A stretch of 64,000 nucleotides of DNA from Octopus sinensis (Eukaryota), in contig NC_043023.1 of the NCBI RefSeq assembly GCF_006345805.1, positions 20,274,001-20,338,000 of the forward strand, written 5' to 3'. Positions within the stretch are counted from its first letter, which is position 1, and every line of letters begins with the position of its first letter. The notes beneath the pieces were generated by a model, which searched no databases, had not been told where the DNA came from, and saw nothing but the letters and a program-made list of their open reading frames with translations. Made by a program: the position numbers and the translations under genes. Below, in pieces: positions 38,231 through 51,096 of the stretch.

Positions 38231-38815
38231 TAATGTCAAGTTAATCACAGAACTTGAGGCGATCCCACGAAGCTACACGAAGAAGATAGCCTCTGTGCAG
38301 CATATAAGCTATTGGGAAAGACTCAAGAGATTGAGACTCTATTCCTTAGAACGTAGGCGAGAACTATGCCATAATATACATCTGGAAGATCCTAGAAGGA
38401 CTTGTCCCAAACTTTGGCATCGAGAGTTACACAAATGCCAGAACTGGGCGCCACTGCATGGTGCCAAGGACTCCAAATTTGCCATCAAGATGTAGGACAA
38501 GATACTGTGATAGCCTGGGCTTCAGAGGCCCACGGCTCTTCAATATCCTCCCGAAGAACCTAAGAGATCTACATGGGATGGATGCAGATGTCTTTAAAAT
38601 GAAACTGGATCTCTTCCTGTCAGGTATCCCAGATGAACCAACTTCACGGCAAGAGGTGCAGATGAGGGCAACTGCATCGAACTCTCTCATGCACCAAATG
38701 GCAATTGCTAAAAAGCATTCGTGAAGTAAAATTATGTAGCAACACCAAATGGCGGTGCCCCAGCATGGCCACAGCTCGTGAGCTGAAACTAAATAAAATA
38801 AAAAAATTAAAATAA
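38231..38815 (+). mobile_element. 5'-truncated CR1-clade LINE (ORF2 C-terminus, frameshifted, plus 3' UTR)
   Basis: YWERLKRLRLYSLERRRE, then SLGFRGPRLFNILPKNLRDL..FKMKLDLFLSGIPDEP; stop at 38724; tail ggcggtgccccagcatggcc followed by an A-rich run. Confidence 0.8.
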
Positions 38816-38829
38816 AATAAAAAAATATT

Positions 38830-39395
38830 TATATATATGTGTGTGTGTGTATATATATGTATATGTATATATGTGTGTGTATATATACATATATATGTGT
38901 GTATATATATGTATATATATATGTGTGTGTATAAGTGTATATATATGTGTGTGTGTGTGTATATATATGTGTGTGTATATATATGTGTGTGTATATATAT
39001 GTATATATGTGTATATATATGTATATATATATGTGTATATATATGTATATATATATATGTGTGTGTATATATATATGTGTGTGTATATATATGTGTGTGT
39101 ATATATATGTATGTGTGTGTATATATATGTGTCTATATATATGTGTGTGTATATATATGTATATGTGTGTGTGTGTATTTATATGTATATATATGTGTGT
39201 GTATATATATATGTATATATATATATATGTGTGTGTATATATATATAAATATGTGTGTATATATATGTGTGTGTATATATGTGTGTGTGTATAAATATAT
39301 GTGTGTATATATATGTATATATATATATGTGTGTGTATATATATATATCTATATATATGTGTGTGTGTATATATATGTATGTATATGTGTGTGTG

Positions 39396-39435
<40 letters not shown>

Positions 39436-39640
39436 TGTGTGTGTATATATATGTATATATATATATGTGTGTGTATATATGTATATATATATATATGTGT
39501 GTGTGTATATATATATACGTGTGTGTATATGTGTGTACATATTTGTATATATATATATGTGTGTGTGTGTATATATATGAATATATCTATATGTGTTGTA
39601 TATATATTTATATATATATGTGTGTGTGTGTATATATCCT
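38830..39640. repeat. Degenerate (TA)/(TG) microsatellite
   Basis: Directly visible. Confidence 0.9.
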
Positions 39641-39649
39641 TAAATCCTT

Positions 39650-40345
39650 TAAAATGTTTTAGCCCGAAGGCCGCGGCCATGCTGGGGCACCACCGCTGAA
39701 TGAGCTACACTAATTTGTGAATCCACCTCTGATACGTGGCACTTGATCAACAAGGGAGTTCGATGCTGCTGCCCGCATCCGTGTCTCCTGTCGTGAGGTA
39801 GGTTCATCTGGGACTCCCCCACAAGAAGAGATCCAGTTTAGTTTTAAAGAAACCCACATCCACACCATGTAAGTCTCTCAGGGCATTTAGGGAGGATGTT
39901 AAAGAGCTGTGGTCCTCTGAAACCCAGCTGGTGGCAGTATCTGGACCTGTATTTTGATGGTGATGTTGGAATCTTTGGCACCACGCAGCGGCGCCCTTCT
40001 GCGGTTGGAGTAACTTTGAATGCCAAAGTTTGGGATAAGACCCTCCAGGATTTTCCGATGTATATCACTGCATATCTCTCCCCGCCTCCGCTCCAGGAGA
40101 AGAGGTTTAATCCTTCAGTCTTTCCCGTAGCTGACATTTGCATTGAGACGATTTCTTTGTGTAGCTTCTCTGATTGCTTCGAGTTCTGCTGTTTGTTTTA
40201 TATTGTTGGTGACCAAAGTTGGTAGCAGTAGTCCAAGCGGCTGAGGACAAATGTTTCCATAGGAACCATCAGTGTCTCCTTCTCTCTTGTTCTGAAAGTT
40301 CGGAGAATCCATCCAGCTAGCCGTCTGCATTTTATCACCAGATTA
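39650..40345 (-). mobile_element. 5'-truncated CR1-clade LINE, second subfamily
   Basis: Minus-strand peptides TAELEAI.. and RYCHQLGFRGPQLFNILPK; related tail ggtgccccagcatggccgcggccttcgggctaaaac. Confidence 0.75.
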
Positions 40346-40369
40346 GTATGCATATATAATATGTATCTA

Positions 40370-40841
40370 TATAATATATGTATATATATCTATGTATATA
40401 ATAATGTATATATATGTATATATACATGTACTATATATATATATGTATCTGTATATATGTATATATATATGTATATATGGATATATATATAGTATCTGTA
40501 TATATGTATATATATATAGTTCTGTAATATGTATTATATATATGTATCTATGTATATATATATATATATAGATATCTTGTATTATATAAATATATATGTA
40601 ATTATATATATGTATATATAGGGATATATATATATATATATGTAATTATATATGTATATAGAGTATATATAGATTATATATATGTAGTTATATATATATA
40701 TTATATATAATATGTATAATATATATATGTATATATATGTAGTATATATATATATGTAATTATATATATGTATATATATGTATATATATATATGTATTAT
40801 ATATATGTATATATATGTATTATATATTATATATGTAATAA

Positions 40842-40878
<37 letters not shown>

Positions 40879-40894
40879 ATAGTTTATATATATG

Positions 40895-40925
<31 letters not shown>

Positions 40926-40967
40926 ATTATATATATGTCTATAATATATATATATAGAGTGATTATA

Positions 40968-41011
<44 letters not shown>

Positions 41012-41225
41012 ATTATATATTATGTATATATATTAATATATAATATATATATATATATGTAATTATATATATGTATATATATATATATATATATGTAATT
41101 ATATATATGTATATGTATTATATATATGTATTATATACATATGTAATTATATATATGTATATATATCATATGTAATTATATACATGTATATATATATATA
41201 TATATATATTAATTATATATTTATT
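40370..41225. repeat. ~850-bp near-pure (TA)n tract
   Basis: Directly visible. Confidence 0.9.
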
Positions 41226-41470
41226 ATATATATATATATATATCTCCGAGGGAGATCAAAGAGGAAAAAGGATCCCATCAACTTAAACAGAGTCTGGATA
41301 GATTCCTTCAAAGAATACCAGATAAGCCACCCATAATTGGATACAACTCACCCAACAAGAACTCACTACTTGAACAAAACTTGACTTAAACAGGATTCGA
41401 ATAATCCTATCAGGTGGTGCTATTAAGTTAGACATGGCCTGAACCAATCTTTGGTCGAAACATATCTAAG
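41226..41470 (+). mobile_element. Short CR1-like LINE 3' end, third variant
   Basis: Encodes LKQSLDRFLQRIPDKP..NSLLEQ*; tail catggcc..gaaac. Confidence 0.55.
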
Positions 41471-41883
41471 TTTATATATATGTATGTATATATATGTATG
41501 TAATTATATATATGTATATATATAGACAGTAATACCTCACATTACAAGGACCTGCTTTACAAACCCCAATCAACATAAAATGATTAAACAGCCATTTTGT
41601 GTGTGTGTCTACACTGGTTCTGATATGTCTACACAGCAACGGAGTAGAAGGATGGCCTAGAAATTCTATTGCTAGTATGGGAAATTACTGCTCTGCTTTA
41701 CGAGTTCTCTTTTTACGAGCGGTCTCCAGGAACACATTAACTTGCATATGAAGGCATTACTGTGTGTGTATGTGTATGTGTGTGCATATATAGGTGCAGG
41801 ATGTCACTGACAGTAAACGACATGAAATACGAAAACAAATGAGTTGAGTACGCAAATAATAAGAGGAAAAAATAGAAAACTGG

Positions 41884-42029
41884 ATAAGCTTGCTCACCAA
41901 CCACATGGTTCCGGGTTCATTCCCACTGCGTGGCATCTTGGGAAAGTGTCTTCTACTATAGCCCCGGGCTGACCAATGCCTTGTGAGTGGATTTGGTAGA
42001 CGGAAACTGAAAGAAGCCCGTCGTATATA

Positions 42030-42062
<33 letters not shown>

Positions 42063-43473
42063 TTGTGTGTCTGTCTTTGTCCCCCTAGCATTGCTTGGCA
42101 ACCGATGCTGGTGTGTTCATGTCACCGTCACTTAGCAGTTCGGCAAAAGAGACCGATAGAATAAGTACTGGGCTTACAAAGAATAAGTCCCGGGGTCGAG
42201 TTGCTCGACTAAAGGCGGTGCTCCAGCATGGCCGCAGTCACATGACTGAAACAAGTAAAAGAGTAAATGGTGTAAATACACAGAAAGAACCCCTTCGTAT
42301 GTTGTCGGCTGTCTATCTACTCCTCATTTCTAGCATTTAACGACAACTATTCCCATAAATTAGCAAAATAAAATTTGGGATTTCTGGACAGTTGAAGTTG
42401 GGAACAAAAACAGGAAAGTGGAGACATAGAAGGAATTCGAAGGAAAACAAGCGTGGAGGGTCGTTGGACCAGAACGAGGGGGGGAATAATAAAAGGGAAA
42501 AGAGAGGAGTAGAAGACATGAGGGCCACATGTAAATAGTTATGGTACATTCTGTGAAGAACGTAGAACAGTGTAAAGATCGCCTACCTTCAGATTTCATC
42601 CTCTGCTGTCCAGTGGTAATAGATTTACTTCCAGGTTTGTGTTTGGGCATCTCTGTCGTGTGTGAACAGGGAACTGGAAAAAAATTGGAGTCAAGGAGAA
42701 GGGGAAGAGTTGGACATTTCTATTTTTTTAATCACTGCAAAGGCGTAGAAGTGGCTATGTGGTAAGTAGCTTGTTTACCAACCACATGGTTCAGGGTTCA
42801 GTCCCATTACATGGGACTTTGGGCAAGAGTCTTCTGCTATAGCCTCGGGCCGACCAAAGCCTTGAGAGTGGATTTGGTAGACAGAAACTGAAAGAAGCCT
42901 GTCGTATATATGTATATATAGGCGTAGGAGTGGCTGTGTGGTAAGTAGCTTGTTTACCGACCACATGGTTCAGGGTTCAGTCCCACTGCTTGGCACCTTG
43001 GGCAGGTGTCTTCTGCTATAGCCCCGGGCTGACCAAAGCCTTGTGAGTGGATTTGGTAGACAGAAACTGAAAGAAGCCTGTCGTATATATGTATATATAT
43101 ATATATGTATGTTTGTTCCCTCTACCATCGCTTGACAACCGATGCTGGTGTGTTTACATCCCCGTCACTTAGCGGTTCGGCAAAAGAGACCGATAGAATA
43201 AGTACTAGGCTTACAAAGAATAAGTCCTGGGGTCGATTTGGTCGACCAAAGGCGGTGCTCCAGCATGGCCACAGTCAAATGACTGAAACAAGTAAAAGAG
43301 TAATGGTTTCCACGGAACCTGCTTCTCCAGGTGAGCTGGGAGTTGATTATGCGACCGTTTAACTCTGTTACGAGATCTGGTTGCGTTTCCTCAGACGATA
43401 TATAAATATTGTTGCCCAAAGTTTAAAATTCTCGGCTTCAAGACCATCCCGTCAGTCTGTTGTGGCCTAAATT

Positions 43474-43507
<34 letters not shown>

Positions 43508-44107
43508 CTGAGCTTATCAGGGTGTGTTGTTGCTGAAGGACTGTTGGAGGACTATGTCATGTGGAAACAATTGTAGTGATTAAAAAAATAAATGCCCAAC
43601 CATAGCCCTTCTTGTTGGACACAATTTTCTCAATTATATGTAATACATAATATATATATATACATACAGTAGTACCTCAGTTTATGAATGCCTCTGATCA
43701 CGAATAAATCGTACTTTATATAGGTGCAGGAGTGGCTGTGTGGTAAGTAGCTTGCTTACCAACCACATGGTTCCGGGTTCAGTCCCACTGCGCGGCACCT
43801 TGGGAAAGTGTCTTCTACTATAGCCTCGGGCCAACCAAAGCCTTGTGAGTGGATTTGGTAGACGGAAACTGAAAGAAGCCCGTCATATATATATATATGC
43901 GTGTGTGTGTTTGTGTGTCTGTGTTTGTCCTCCTAGCATTGCTTGACAACCGATGCTGGTGTGTCTACGTCCCCGTCACTTAGCAGTTCGGCAAAAGACC
44001 GATAGAATAAGTACTGGGCTTACAAAGAATAAGTCCTGGGGTCAAGTTGCTCGATTAAAGGTTGTGCTCCAGCATGGCCGCAGTCAAATGACTGAAACAA
44101 GTAAAAA
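41884..44107 (+). mobile_element. Run of family A SINEs: 41884-42266, head half 42742-42905, 42921-43281, 43723-44107
   Basis: Collinear with the A consensus; 42742 and 42921 look like a tandem duplication of the head. Confidence 0.8.
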
Positions 44108-44838
44108 AAAAATATATAGGATCTTTTCGGTTTGAATGGCAGTTTTTAACATAATTTCTAGGTAACTAAAAAATGTTAAACTTCGTATACTGGTAGAATG
44201 TTTTCAAAACATCTTTATACAGCATGGAATTTATATATTTAAACATAATTACAGAGTTGTTAGAAAAGAGTTTATTGTAGAAATAAGGGTGTGGGGCATG
44301 CAGATAATGTCTTAACAGCTGTTTTCAGAGTAGATGTGCTTATGGTGCATTTCTTAGCGAACTAAGATAAGCTATTGTAGCCGACTGTTTAATCCTTAAC
44401 TAAAAGGGCTTGTTGGTGAACCATTCCTTCCAGCCTGTGATGTTTGAGACGTTTGGAAGACATCTGAGACATTTCACTAATAGCAAACTTCTTGTCATCG
44501 TCCGTGCTTTACCTTGAAGGTGAAATATATAGGGTTTGAGAATGGCATGACTAGAGTGTGTGCCACCTGGAGAGGCCCTTGATTGTGCTCCACATCCCGA
44601 AAACACTCCGAGGATTTTTCACCAGTGCCCCGTCTGCCGGGTTGTGGCTCTAATACCACTCGGTGTCAGACCAATCCGCATTGGTTGGCCCTACCAGGGA
44701 CTGAAGTTCCCGACGGCATAGCTCTGACACTACCCGTTGCCAGCGTCCCCACCACGGTGAGGAGGGGATGGACTTTGGGGACTCCTCGGAGTCTCTGTTT
44801 TGGCAACCGGCGGCTCCTCGGTCTTTCTGTCCCTGCAT

Positions 44839-45236
44839 CTCTTTACTCTTTTACTTGTTTCAGTCATATTGAATGCGGCCATGCTGGAGCACCGCCTTCA
44901 GTCGAGCAAATCGTCCCCGGGACTTATTCTTTGTAAGCCCAGTACTTATTCTATTGGTCTCTTTTGCTGAACCGCTAAGTTACAGGGACATAAACACACC
45001 AGCATCGGTTGTCAAGCAATGCTAGGGGGACAAACACAGACACACAAACACACACGCCATACATATATATATACATATATACGACAGGCTTCTTTCAGTT
45101 TCCGTCTACCAAATCCACTTACAAGGCATCGGTCGGCCTGAGGCTATAGCAGAAGAGACTTGCCCAAGATGCCACGCAGTGGGACTGAACCCAGAACCAT
45201 GTGGTCGGTTAGCAAGCTACTTACCACACAGCCACT
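44839..45236 (-). mobile_element. Family A SINE
   Basis: Collinear with other A copies. Confidence 0.85.
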
Positions 45237-45596
45237 CTGCGGACAATCTGCAGCAAACAGGATGTCTCTACATGCGGGATTGTTGGGGACCGTTTGTGAA
45301 ATCCACATATTCCCACGAAACTTCTTCCAACTTCTTCGAGATGCTTCGAGGGTGGTAGAAGAATCCGACTCAACCCACCCAGGCTGAATGTCACCACAAG
45401 TACAAGTAAGTACATCCCGAAGGTCCTGAGGCTTATACAGCCCAACACAACAGATGCAAAATTGCCTGTGCCTCCTCATTATATATATGTATGTATATAA
45501 CGGGAAGGTTTTCGAAAATAAACAAAAGACGAAGGCAGGTGGAGTACAAACAAACAATTGTATTAGTATAGCGCTCAGGAATAGAAATAGAACAAG

Positions 45597-45634
45597 TCTT
45601 TTACGTTTCGAGCCTACGCTCTTCGACAGAAAGA
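45597..45634 (-). ncRNA. Putative minimal type-I hammerhead ribozyme (Penelope pLTR-like), variant core
   Basis: Minus strand: tcttt-CTGTCGA-A-gagc(gtag)gctc-GAAA-CG-T-A-aaaga. Stem I tcttt/aaaga, stem II 4 bp, palindromic ACGT stem III; A6 is replaced by U. Confidence 0.5.
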
Positions 45635-45656
45635 TACACAGAAAAGAAACAAGGAA

Positions 45657-45819
45657 GGCGCAGGAGTGGCTGTGTGGTAAGTAGCTTGCTAACCAACCAC
45701 ATGGTTCCAGGTTCAGTCCCACTGTGTGACATCTTGGGCAATTGTCTTCTGCTATAGCCCTGGGCCGACCAATGCCTTGTGAGTGGATTTGGTAGACGGA
45801 AACTGAAAGAAGCCTGTCC

Positions 45820-45891
<72 letters not shown>

Positions 45892-46105
45892 TTGTGTCTG
45901 TGTTTGTCCCCCTAGCATTGCTTGACAACCGATGCTGGTGTGTTTACGTCCCGTTACTTAGCTACTTAGGGTTCGGCAAAAGAGACCGATAGAAATAGTA
46001 CTGGGCTTACAAAGAATAGTCCCGGGGTCGATTTGCTTGACTAAAGGCGATGCTCAAGCATGGCCGCAGTCAAAATGACTGAAACAAGTAAAAGAGTAAA
46101 GAGTA
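45657..46105 (+). mobile_element. Family A SINE, full length
   Basis: Collinear with other A copies. Confidence 0.85.
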
Positions 46106-46928
46106 AGGAGAGAAAAAAATTGCGTGTAGGGGCTAATATGTATGGTTATATTTTTCTTACAAAAGTTACAGACAGCATAGAAGGGCTCAAGTGAAGCCTG
46201 GGACATTATTAGACAATTATAATAAATGGAACGGAGAAAGCTGAAATCATTTAAGCCACAACGAACACACATGTATATGGATTTAATTATATGTGTGTGT
46301 GCTAATTTACAGACACACACCGACACTCATATACACACACACACACGAGCATATACTTAAATACACAGACACACACATGTGTGAGTTGATGCATGGAAGT
46401 ATATAAAGAAACAAGCTATAAGACATTAAAACAATGGAATCTGAGGCCTGACAGTTCTGTGTGTGTGTGTGTGTGTATGTATGTATATGTAAGTGTATGT
46501 ATTATATATATATATTCTATATATATATATATACAATACATACATACATACATATATATGTATATATATATATCCACATATCTATATGTATATATATATA
46601 TACACATATATATATGTATATATATATACACATATATATATTATATATATATATACACATATATATATGTATTATATCAATACATATATATTACACCTAC
46701 ATATATATATTATACACATACATATATCTATATACACATACATATATATATACACATATATATATGTATATATATACACACATATATATATGTATATATA
46801 TATACATACATATATAGATATATACACAATATATATATATAACACAACACATATATATATAATATATACACACACATATATATATATCACATATATATAT
46901 ATATATATATTATATACAATATATATAT

Positions 46929-46971
<43 letters not shown>

Positions 46972-47476
46972 AAACACCCATCCTATCCTTAAATCCCACC
47001 CCCACAACACCAAACACATTACGACCCCTTTCAAATTCACTTTCTAAGAAAAAAATGACCGTATAAGGAGAAAAGCATAACTAAGGAGTGTATATAATTG
47101 CCTACACACACGTATATTCAATACATACATACATACATACATATATATATATATATGTTCTCACACGTGTATGTGCATATATGCATGTGTGTGTGTGTGA
47201 ATGTGTGAATATTCATACATGAATATGAAAGACAATCTGGGAGAGAAATTGTATCTGTCTTGATTCTGGAACCGATGCCTTTAGCACAGTTTCTCCACTA
47301 CAACATCCCCTCCTAGCCCACATCAATGTATCTATTTCACAACACACACACACCACACACACACACACACACACACTCACACACACGTGTGTCTGTGTGT
47401 CATGTTTCTGACATGTTCTCTTGTCACTGGGAAAAAATACCAAGGAATGGTTTTGAAGAGGCCATCATATAACAAA

Positions 47477-47528
<52 letters not shown>

Positions 47529-47564
47529 TAAGTGTGGGTGTATACAATATATATGAATGTATGA

Positions 47565-47620
<56 letters not shown>

Positions 47621-47772
47621 AATTTTCATCTGTCCTGCCCGCCAAATTTGGTTCTGGTGTACGCTGAATTTTTCCTTTAGAGAACTTTCTTTGTAGCTTG
47701 ATCGTTGATGATCTATTTCTAGCATGCGGCCGACTACCTAGCAGTCTTGCCCTGTCAATATACATATATACC

Positions 47773-48774
47773 CTTTTACTTGTTTCAGTCATTTGACTGC
47801 GGCCATGCTGGAGCACTGCCTTTAGTCGAGCAAATCGACCCCGGGACTTATGCTTTGTAAGCCCAGTACTTATTCTATCGGTCTCTTTTGCCGAACCGCT
47901 AAGTGACGGGGACGTAAACACACCAGCATCGGTTGTCAAGCAATGCTAGGGGGACAAACACAGACAAACAACATACACAAATATATATATATTTACATAT
48001 ATACGACAGGCTTCTTTCAGTTTCCGTCTACCAAATCCACTCAAGGTTTTGGTCGGCCCGGGGCTATAGCAGAAGACACTTGCCCAAGATGCCACGCAGT
48101 GGGACTGAACCCGGAACCATGTGGTTGGTTAGCAAGCTACTTACCACACAGCCACACCTGCGCCTATATATATATATATATACACACATACATACACACA
48201 TATATATGATGTATGTATATAATATCATACCAATATATTTATAAATATTATTTATAATATATACATTATGATATGCATATTATATTAAAAAAAGTATATA
48301 TTATATAATATGACATAATATATGGATATCATATTATATATACATGACATGTATACATAATTTACATATGGAGTGGCTGTGTGGTAAGTAGCTTGCTAAC
48401 CAACCACATGGTTCCGGGTTCAGTCCACTGCCGTGGCACCTGGGGCAAGTGTCTTCTGCTATAGCCCCGGGCCGACCAATGCCTTGTGAGTGGATTTGGT
48501 AGACGGAAACTGAAAGAAGCCCGTCGTAATGTGTATATATATATAAGTGTGTGTTGTATATGTTTGTGTGTCTGTGTTTGTCCCCCTAGCATTGCTTGAC
48601 AACCGATGCTGGTGTGTTTACGTCCCCGTCACTTAGCGGTTCGGCAAAAGAAAAAAGAGACGATAGTGTAAGTAGTACTGGGCTTACAAAAGAATAAGTC
48701 CCGGGGGTCGAGTTGCTCGATTAAAGGCGATGCTCCAGCATGGCCGCAGTCAAATGACTGAAACAAGTAAGAGT
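47773..48774. mobile_element. Head-to-head inverted pair of family A SINEs (47773-48164 minus, 48370-48774 plus)
   Basis: Both near full length; ~205-bp AT-rich spacer. Confidence 0.85.
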
Positions 48775-49475
48775 ATATCATCATCATCATCATCATCATC
48801 ATTCAACGTCCGCTTTCCATGCTAGCATGGGTTGGACGGTTCAACTGGGGTCTGGGGAGCCCGAAGGCTGCACCAGGCCAGTCAGATCTGGCAGTGTTTT
48901 CTACAGCTGGATGCCCTTCCTAACGCCAACCAATCCGAGAGTGTAGTGGGTGATTTATGTGCCACCGACACAGGTGCAGACGAGGCTGGCGAACGGCCAC
49001 GCTCGGATGGTGTTTTTATGTGCCACCGACACAGGTGCCAGACGAAGCTGGCGAACGGCCACGCTCGGATGATTGTTTTTATGCCGCCACCGACACAGGT
49101 GCCAGACAAGGCTAGCAGACGACCACGCTCGAATGGTTGTTTATGTGCCACCGACACAGGTGCCAGACGAGGCTGGCGACACGGCCACGCTCGGATGGTG
49201 TTTTATGTGCCCACCACACAGGTGCCAGACGAGGCTGGCGAACGGCCACGCTCAGATGGTGTTTTTATGTGCCACCGACACAGGTGCCAGACAAGGCTAG
49301 CAGACGACCATGCTCGGATGGTGTTTTTTATGTGCCACCAACACAGGAGCCAGATTAGGCTGGCGATCGTCCACGATTGGATGGTGATTGTTACGTGCCC
49401 ACAGCATGGAGGCCAGTCGGTGCGGTACTGGCTACGACCACGTTCGGATGGTTTTCTTGTGTGCCACCGGCACTT
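48775..49475 (-). mobile_element. Family D element with about eight tandem copies of a 60-63-bp internal module
   Basis: Unit gtgccaccgacacaggtgccagacgaggctggcgaacggccacgctcggatggtgtttttat repeated over 48959-49475. Confidence 0.85.
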
Positions 49476-49554
49476 GTACCACAAAGATACAAATTCCATT
49501 GATGTTCATCTATTTTGATTTTATATATATACATTGTTGCCAGAGCGGTTATGT

Positions 49555-49872
49555 AGTCTGCGTGCCAGTGGCACGTAAAAGGGCACCATTCGAGCATGTT
49601 CGTTACCAACGTCGCCTTATTGGCACCTGTGACATGTGTAAAAAGATTTGAGGATGGCCGTTGCCAGTACTGCCAGACTGGCCCCTGTGCCGGTGGCACG
49701 TAAAAGCACCCACTACACTCTCGGAGTGGTTGGTGTTAGAAAAGGCATCCAGCTGTAGAAACTCTGCCAGATCAAGAATGAAGCCTAGTGCAACCATCTG
49801 GTTCGCCAGCCCTCAGTCAAAATTGTCCAACCCATGCCAGCATGGAAAGCGGACGTTAAATGATGATGATGC
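49555..49872 (+). mobile_element. Family D element, inverted relative to the neighbouring copy
   Basis: Ends gcggacgttaaatgatgatgatg. Confidence 0.8.
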
Positions 49873-49934
49873 ACACAATGTAGATAAAGTTATAGATATA
49901 TACAAGATATATGTTTATGTTTTATGTTTATGTA

Positions 49935-50140
49935 TTCCAGTTTCAGCTCTTGAGCTGTGGCCATGCTGGGGCACCGCCATTTGGTGTTGCTACATGATTT
50001 TACCTCACGAATGCATTTTAGCAATTGCCATTTGGTGCATGAGAGATTTTGATGCAGCTGCCCTCATCTGCACCTCCTGCCGTGAAGTTGGTTCATCTGG
50101 ACACCTGACAGGAAGAGATCCAGTCCTACTTTAAAGACAT
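49935..50140 (-). mobile_element. CR1-clade LINE 3' end, same subfamily as 38231-38815
   Basis: Reverse-complement match to ~38590-38790. Confidence 0.75.
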
Positions 50141-50409
50141 ATGTGTATTATGTATAGTGGAGGTGCAATGGCCCAGTGGTTAAGGCAGCAGACTTGCAGT
50201 CGTAGGATAACCACTGTCGGTTTGTTCACATCCCCATAACTCAGCAGTTCAGCAAAAGAGAATGATTGAATAAATGCCAGGATAAATGTCAAAAATAAAT
50301 AAATAAATATACTTCTCTTTTTCTTTTTCTTGTTTCAGTCATTTGACTGCGGCCATGCTGGAGCACCACCTTTAGTCGAGCAAATCGACCCCGGGGACTT
50401 ATTCTTTGT

Positions 50410-50509
50410 NNNNNNNNNNNNNNNNNNNNNNNNNNNNNNNNNNNNNNNNNNNNNNNNNNNNNNNNNNNNNNNNNNNNNNNNNNNNNNNNNNNNNNNNNNN
50501 NNNNNNNNN
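50410..50509. other. Assembly gap (100 N), truncating a family A SINE tail at 50322-50409
   Basis: Run of N. Confidence 0.99.
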
Positions 50510-50590
50510 CCTGTCAAAGGGCACCTCTTTTGTGTATAAATACTTAAATGGTGGTACACTTAAGAATGTGTGTGTGTATAATATACATAC

Positions 50591-50621
<31 letters not shown>

Positions 50622-51096
50622 TATACAAGCAAAATGCTCTCCCGCCCTTGTCCAATAGACGGTGCTGAATCATATCTGCTGAATAAAAAGCAATCAGTAT
50701 TTTCTTTTCATTAAAAAATAATTAAGCATGCCTTTATTTCAATAAATTTTTGGTTTTGTTAAATGAAATTAAGGCAAAAAAAAAGACTTCTTGAGAAACC
50801 AAATAGTCTTTCCTTCCTTCATGCCAAGTTTGAAGAAAATATCTCTTTTGCATCTTACTTTTTTTGCTCTCTTAAATATACTGCATTTTGTGGCATTATT
50901 TCAAGCCAGCCGGCTTTTTTTGCACAGAATGCACGTGCACTTTCCTCACGTGCGCATAGTATCGATCGCAACAGCTGGTGTACTTGCACGTACAAATGCA
51001 CGTTCCCACGGCTTTATCGATCGCATTTTCACCTGGAATTGATTGTTGTAATTTTTTTCAAGACTTATACACGCACTGATACCGTCGGTATCTACA

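Noticed and set aside
45260-45448. Possible Ty3/Gypsy RT-thumb relic (..EEVGRSFVGICGFHKR) on the minus strand
   Set aside because: Resemblance is by eye only and too short; needs tblastn or an HMM search to support.
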